A stretch of DNA of 64,000 bases from assembly GCA_964016885.1 (NCBI GenBank), contig OZ024747.1:81344001-81408000 (forward strand). Reading direction: 5' to 3'. The first letter of the stretch is position 1. Each line of letters opens with the position of its first letter. The translations under genes were made by a program, and so were the position numbers. Positions 58,684 to 64,000 of this stretch are shown here, piece after piece. The notes beneath the pieces were generated by a model. The model searched no databases and was not told where the DNA came from. It saw nothing but the letters and a program-made list of their open reading frames with translations. The stretch is from Eledone cirrhosa (lineage: Eukaryota).

Positions 58684-59078
58684 AGAGAAAATAATGATAA
58701 GCAAGTATAAATAGATTTAATCATTTTTTTAAAAGGCTATGATGTTTTAAAAACGTTGTGTACAAGATGAGCCCCAGCAGAGAAGTATTCTCTGGTGATG
58801 CTTAGTAAATACACACTTTACTGAAACATTATGGCCATGTTGCAAGAATAAAAGTATAATGTACATTGTTTTTAACATTGAGTTCTTTGTTGCATGTGGG
58901 ACACAATCACCTGGTGGATATATATATATATATAGGTATAGGATTATTCAAGATGTAGTAATGGTTAATTACTACACTGGATATGGTTGACGTACGGTAA
59001 GAGGTTACTCTACGAGTTATGGAAGAATTGTTGAAGAAACTTAGTTCCTGATCCTTCAGTATTCCGGAGTGTATATAA

Positions 59079-59130
59079 AGAATGAATAATAACAGGTAGA
59101 CATTGATGTCTACCAGTTATTATTCATTCT
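59079..59130. repeat. Fold-back palindrome (25-bp arms, 1 mismatch) ending a ~200-bp insert in (TA)n
   Basis: agaatgaataataacaggtagacat-tg-atgtctaccagttattattcattct. Confidence 0.9.
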
Positions 59131-59153
59131 ATATATATATATATATATATATG

Positions 59154-59516
59154 CAGTAGAACTTTGCAGTACAAGTGTCCCATTGTATGAGTAATTTGCT
59201 GTATGAGCCGAGGCTCATGTAAATCTTTGTCTTGTAGTACAAGTAGGAATCCACAGTATAAGCAACTTTCATACAATTAATAAAACCAGTTTACATATTT
59301 CTTTTGCATTCTCTTTCATAATTGCCATTTTCCTTGTAACTGCACCTTTTCTGTTTTAACAGCCATAAAAAATGATTTTTTTTGTGGTTTTTGGTTGGAA
59401 CAGATATTTTTATACTTCAGTTTATTTCAATGAGGAAAATTGATTTGTAAAACGAGTAAATCATAAGATGAGCTCGGTCATAAAACGAATTAAACTCATA
59501 CTGTCAGGTATTACTG
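59154..59516. mobile_element. Decayed Tc1/mariner (Tigger/pogo-like) MITE
   Basis: CAGTAGAACTTTG ... CAGGTATTACTG-TA ends. Confidence 0.5.
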
Positions 59517-59700
59517 TACTAAAAATCTGTAAATTTATAAACATATTTACACAGCCTTGGTTACTTGATATATACAGATATAATTTCATCATATATATAT
59601 ATACAGTGATATAATTTCATCATATATATATACACATACACACAGATATAATTTCATCATATATACATACACACAGAAATAATTTCATCATATATATATA

Positions 59701-60060
59701 TCATCATCATCATTTTACGTCCACTGTTCCCTGATTGCAAGGGTGGGATGGGAACTGATTCTGGCTTGATTTCTACAGCTGGATGCCCTTCCTAACACCA
59801 ACCTCATTTACAGTGAGTGGTGGGTGCTTTTTTTCCATGGCACCTACACGTCTACTTTACAGTGTGGGCTGGGTGCTTTTTTGCCGTGGCACCTCCACGA
59901 CCACTTTTGCAGTGGAATGATAGGGACCCCAGTCATCTCATTTCTACAGCTGAGTAAACTGGAGCAATATGAAATAAAGTGTCTCGCTCAAGGAAACAAC
60001 ACATCACCCGGTCTGAGAATTGAACTCACAAATGCTCTAACCACTAAGCCATGTGCCTCC
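59701..60060 (-). mobile_element. tRNA/CORE SINE with RTE-derived body and tail (same family as 11115-11440)
   Basis: Reverse-complement match. Carries an internal duplication of the AAAAAGCACCCAGC..CACTGTAAA module and a deletion in the head. Confidence 0.9.
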
Positions 60061-60119
60061 ATGTGTTTATATATATATATATATATATACACACAGATAT
60101 AATTTCATCATATATATAT

Positions 60120-60232
60120 ATAACGAAGGAGTTGTGGTAAGGAACCAGATGGACGATAACGCACCAGAGTACTCAATACTTAGGGTAGTAGAGTGGGTAA
60201 TAGGAAAATGTATGACCCCGATGGCAGAGCTC
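60120..60232 (-). mobile_element. Truncated sister copy of the pLTR-like remnant at 41009
   Basis: Similar to 41009-41120; ends at the GAGCTC loop of HHR stem III. Confidence 0.8.
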
Positions 60233-60456
60233 ATATATATAAATACACTGATATAATTTCATCATATATATATAGACATAAAATAGTGATTATGATGATG
60301 ATGATATGTATATATATATATGATATGTATATATATATATATGATATGTATATATATATATATATATATGCGGGTGTGTGTGTAGGTATATATGAATGTA
60401 TATGTGTGTATATATGGTATATATGAATGTATATGTCTGGGAGAGATGACCCCTTA

Positions 60457-60848
60457 GCCTTTGTCAAAGCAGAATTCTAGGAGAAGGAAAACTCTGATAT
60501 AACACCTGCAACCCTGATGGTATCCAATGATGTTGACTTGTTCTTCTTTTTGGTAAATATCATCTTGGTTAAGAGAGTGGGACTGGCTTTGTGCAGTGCC
60601 TTTGCTCACTATAAAAGCTTCATGGCACAGGCATTGCTTTATATCTGGAGATCTCTCTGCACTTGTCGTCACATGGTACCAAAGGCAAAGCACTATGTGT
60701 CAATAATTGTCACAAGTGTAGTGTTTGTACCAGAGTTTTCAAGTCGCTGGCTGGACTAAAAAGTCGCACTCGTTCAGCGCATCGGTAGGGGTTCTCCTAC
60801 ATGGATATAAAGTAGTGGCCGTACTCGAAAACGAGTTGGCAGCCACCA
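60457..60848. repeat. Dispersed ~390-bp repeat of unknown class, copy 2
   Basis: Highly similar to 12985-13380. Confidence 0.85.
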
Positions 60849-62142
60849 TATGTGTGTGTGAATGTATGCTGAAATTTCTAATTTACCAATAACTCACAAT
60901 ATTTTAGAGTATATTCTATTCAGCTGTGATACCAGAAATATAAAAGAACTAAACAAAGAAAATATGATGAATGAATATGTAAGCAATATTTCATGTTTCA
61001 AATATTCACATAACAACATATTTCATGTTTCAAATACGTACATAACAACAAGTGGACCTTCATTTGGTCAGTGAATCTGCTTGAAACAACAGCCAGATTG
61101 CCTTGAAAATACATCTGAACAATAAAATGAAACAAAGGATATTGGATATTGCAGTTGTAGAGGCTGGAATGCCTTTAAACATATGTATGTTTGATGAGGG
61201 TTGATTCAATACAACAATAGCATAAAACATTACACTATACATCCCAGATTCAGTACAGAACATTCTATAATATTTAGATAATAAGCAAACACTCACTGGC
61301 ATTGATGCTGTGGCCAGGTTGGGACATGGATTTGAAGGGATTTAGTCAAATATATTAACCCCAGTTAATAGCTTTCTGGGAGATATGGGGTTCAATTCCT
61401 CATAGCAGTCAATGGTAACTCCTTTTTCCATCTTTCAAGCGTGTTCACCTTATTTCATAAGCTATCTTTATAACATTTCTGCCTTTGAGCACTCTCTTTA
61501 TATTTATATATATACATATATTCTCAGTCTTTCAAAAAGCCAAAAATTCAGCTTCGTACAGAGAGGGGTGGTCTCCCATTTCTATCTACCAAGTTTTATT
61601 CACAAGGTAATGTTTTATCAGAGACTATAGTAGCAGGCACTTACTGGGATTGAACCCAAAACCACTTAGTTGTGATGAGAACTGCTAAACCACAAAACTA
61701 GGATTGTGTATATTATTATAAAAGGAATCTATCAAAATGCAATATAGTCATTAAATATCATTCAATGCCTACGTTTTTTTTTTTTAGAAAATATTCGTCT
61801 TTTCCTGCATATCAGCATTACATGTACTAAATTGGATATTTCTAACATCGGCCACAACTAAAATTGATTTTAACAATGTTCAAATATGTACAGAAAACTG
61901 TTCATAATAGTAACATGTAAATTTAGTTGAACCATTATAGGGAAATGAAGAAAAAAGCTAATAACCTTAGATACAGTGAAATTAAGGAATTAATTGCCAA
62001 AAGAAAAAAAAAAGATTATATATATATATATATATATAGAGAAAATTGAGGTTGGTAATGGCACATGGAATATATAAGAGACAGAATACTTTTTTGTGAA
62101 AAAACATAATTTTATAAGGTAAGGAAATAATAAAGGGTATAA

Positions 62143-62190
62143 AAAATGACCGGTTTCGATGGGTCTGCAAAAGCCATCTTTTCAAATGTT
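62143..62190 (-). ncRNA. Minimal type I hammerhead ribozyme, U3-A8 variant
   Basis: AACAT-[TTGAAAA]-GATGG-CTTTTGCAGAC-CCATC-[GAAA]-CCGG-TC^-ATTTT. Lies downstream of, and on the same strand as, the Penelope ORF. Confidence 0.75.
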
Positions 62191-62579
62191 GATTAATATT
62201 AAGAAAAATTAATAATACGAAGAGTTAAAATTTGAGACTTGAAAATTCAAGTATAAAATTCATTGTGGGATTTCATAGCAGTTTTCATCTAGGTAGCAAC
62301 AACAGGTTGACTGCTGTGTCCCTTTCTGGTAGTGAATGAGAAGTTATTTGGGGTGTGGGTTATTTCAAATATATATATATATATATACATACAGACACAT
62401 ATATTTTTTCCATAATATAAGAAGTTGGGGCAGTGAAATTAAAATAATTCTGTGTGCGCATATATATATAGATATACGTGTGTGCACGTGCAGGGTTTAA
62501 ACCTGATTCTACAGAATTGGTCTCTGGTCTTTAATAGTAGTGATTCCGTGCGTATGTGTGTTTATATTTTATGACAATT

Positions 62580-63998
62580 CTATTGGGGTGATAACCCGTT
62601 TAGTTTTGGTTTAAATTTGTTAAGGAATAGATTTTCTTTGTTTATTCTTTGTTGTTGTGTGAACGAATCTGAGCACTTGTAGAAGGGGAAGATTTTTAAG
62701 TTGGGTAGTGTCATTCCTGCGCAGTTCGCAATATGGCTGCTCAAGGGGATTTTTCTTGTGTTAGCGTCCCGGATTTGTTGGCGGTGGATGGTCATTCTTT
62801 TGCGTAATGAGGTGCCCGTCTGTCCTATGTAGTTGTGTTTGCACCCACCGCAAGTTATTGCGTAAATCAAGTTCTCCGAGTTGCAGGTGAAATTGTTTTT
62901 TACTGTAAATGTTTGGCCATCTTTGAATGTAAATGTTTGTCCTTCAGTGAGGTAGAGGCACGTTCCACAGTTTGTTCTACCACATTTGGTAACTGTAGGG
63001 TTGAGGATTGGTTTGGGTATATTTGGTCCAGTGAGAATGCGTTTAAGTGATTTGGGTTGTCTTTTACTTTTAAGGATCTTGTGTGTTTCAAGAATAGACT
63101 TCATTTTTACATCTTTAAGTAGGATGGGGAGGTTTTTGTGTAGGTGATCAAACATTTCGGTATTTCTGGGGTTGAAAGTGGATACATATGGCAGGGTGTT
63201 GAGTGTGGTTTTCTGTTTTGGATTGTTAAGTTGATGGGGATTTAGGTGTTTTGCCCTGTCTATTCCATTGTTGATTATTTCAAGTGGAAAGGCTCTTAAG
63301 ATAAGGGTGTCTTTTAGTTCCTTTAGTCTTTGCTCCCGTTTAGGTGGATCTGATACTATGGTACATATACGTTTGGCCAAATTGTAAGGAATGTTAAGTT
63401 TTGTATGTTTTGGGTGACTTGATGTGAAAAAGAGGTATTGCTTGGAATCTGTGGGTTTATAGAATATATCTGTATCTAATTTCCCGTCTATTACAGAGAT
63501 GAGAATATCCAAGAAGGCTAATTCCTTAGGATTGGATTCCATTGTGAATTGTATGTTATTATCTATGTTGTTTATCATGTTTTTAAATGTAGTAAGTGAG
63601 TTCATGTCTTCTTGCCATAGGATAAAGCAGTCGTCTAGATATCTTTTCCAATTGGCTTTGAGGTGTGTGTGGAAAGAGTCTCCAAATAAGAGAAGGGACT
63701 GACTGTATATTTGTTGTTCATGGAATCCCATGACTAGGTTGGCATATGTGGGTGCTACTTTCGTGCCCATTGCCGTACCTGATACTTGTCTGTATGTTGA
63801 ACCATTGAATGTGAAGTAGTTATTTTGTAGGATAAAGCGGAGTCCGTCAGTGATAAAATCTGTGTTGATGCGTGTCGGTATTTCTGATGGGTGTGTGTTA
63901 AGCCAGTATTGGACTGCTGTTATTCCATAGTTGTGAGGTATGTTTGTGTAGAGGTTTATTACGTCAAAGGAGACAAGAATTGTATTTGCACTTACTGT
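62580..63998 (-). CDS. Penelope-like element (Neptune-type) RT + GIY-YIG endonuclease; 5' part lies outside the window
   Basis: Frame is open from the window edge: LVSFDVINLYTNIPH, YRQVSGTAMGT, WKRYLDD, FLDI, KPTDSKQYL, CGRTNCGTC (Cx4Cx2C), NLIY...YIGQT...R..IH, E..FL...LN. Confidence 0.95.
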   Translation of the reverse strand, partial: TVSANTILVSFDVINLYTNIPHNYGITAVQYWLNTHPSEIPTRINTDFITDGLRFILQNNYFTFNGSTYRQVSGTAMGTKVAPTYANLVMGFHEQQIYSQSLLLFGDSFHTHLKANWKRYLDDCFILWQEDMNSLTTFKNMINNIDNNIQFTMESNPKELAFLDILISVIDGKLDTDIFYKPTDSKQYLFFTSSHPKHTKLNIPYNLAKRICTIVSDPPKREQRLKELKDTLILRAFPLEIINNGIDRAKHLNPHQLNNPKQKTTLNTLPYVSTFNPRNTEMFDHLHKNLPILLKDVKMKSILETHKILKSKRQPKSLKRILTGPNIPKPILNPTVTKCGRTNCGTCLYLTEGQTFTFKDGQTFTVKNNFTCNSENLIYAITCGGCKHNYIGQTGTSLRKRMTIHRQQIRDANTRKIPLSSHIANCAGMTLPNLKIFPFYKCSDSFTQQQRINKENLFLNKFKPKLNGLSPQ

Positions 63999-64000
63999 TT

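Overview
This is AT-rich eukaryotic (metazoan) genomic DNA. The repeat landscape ((TA)n/(ATG)n/(AAT)n microsatellites, RTE-BovB-like LINEs, CORE- and Nin/Deu-domain tRNA SINEs, Penelope-like elements) suggests a mollusc, most likely a cephalopod such as Octopus; this is inference, not a database result. Almost all ORFs in the track are microsatellite artefacts. Bases ~0.5-13.8 kb are a dense, nested retroelement cluster in (TA)n: two RTE LINE families whose RT carries an inserted PHD-type finger, a CR1 3' end, a Naiad-like GIY-YIG fragment, RTE-tailed SINEs, and several Penelope pLTR-like remnants with hammerhead ribozymes (HHRs) and fold-back palindromes. Bases ~14-62 kb look intronic: many SINEs, TTAA-specific MITEs, and a few candidate minus-strand exons including 27-nt and 9-nt microexon candidates of an unidentified host gene. 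The window ends in an uninterrupted Neptune-like Penelope RT+GIY-YIG ORF. Most notable: at least five HHRs with complete cores (three with the compensatory U3-A8 pair), fold-back inversions that recur at or beside HHR stem I, and a SINE built from the 5' UTR and 3' end of an RTE LINE present in the same window.
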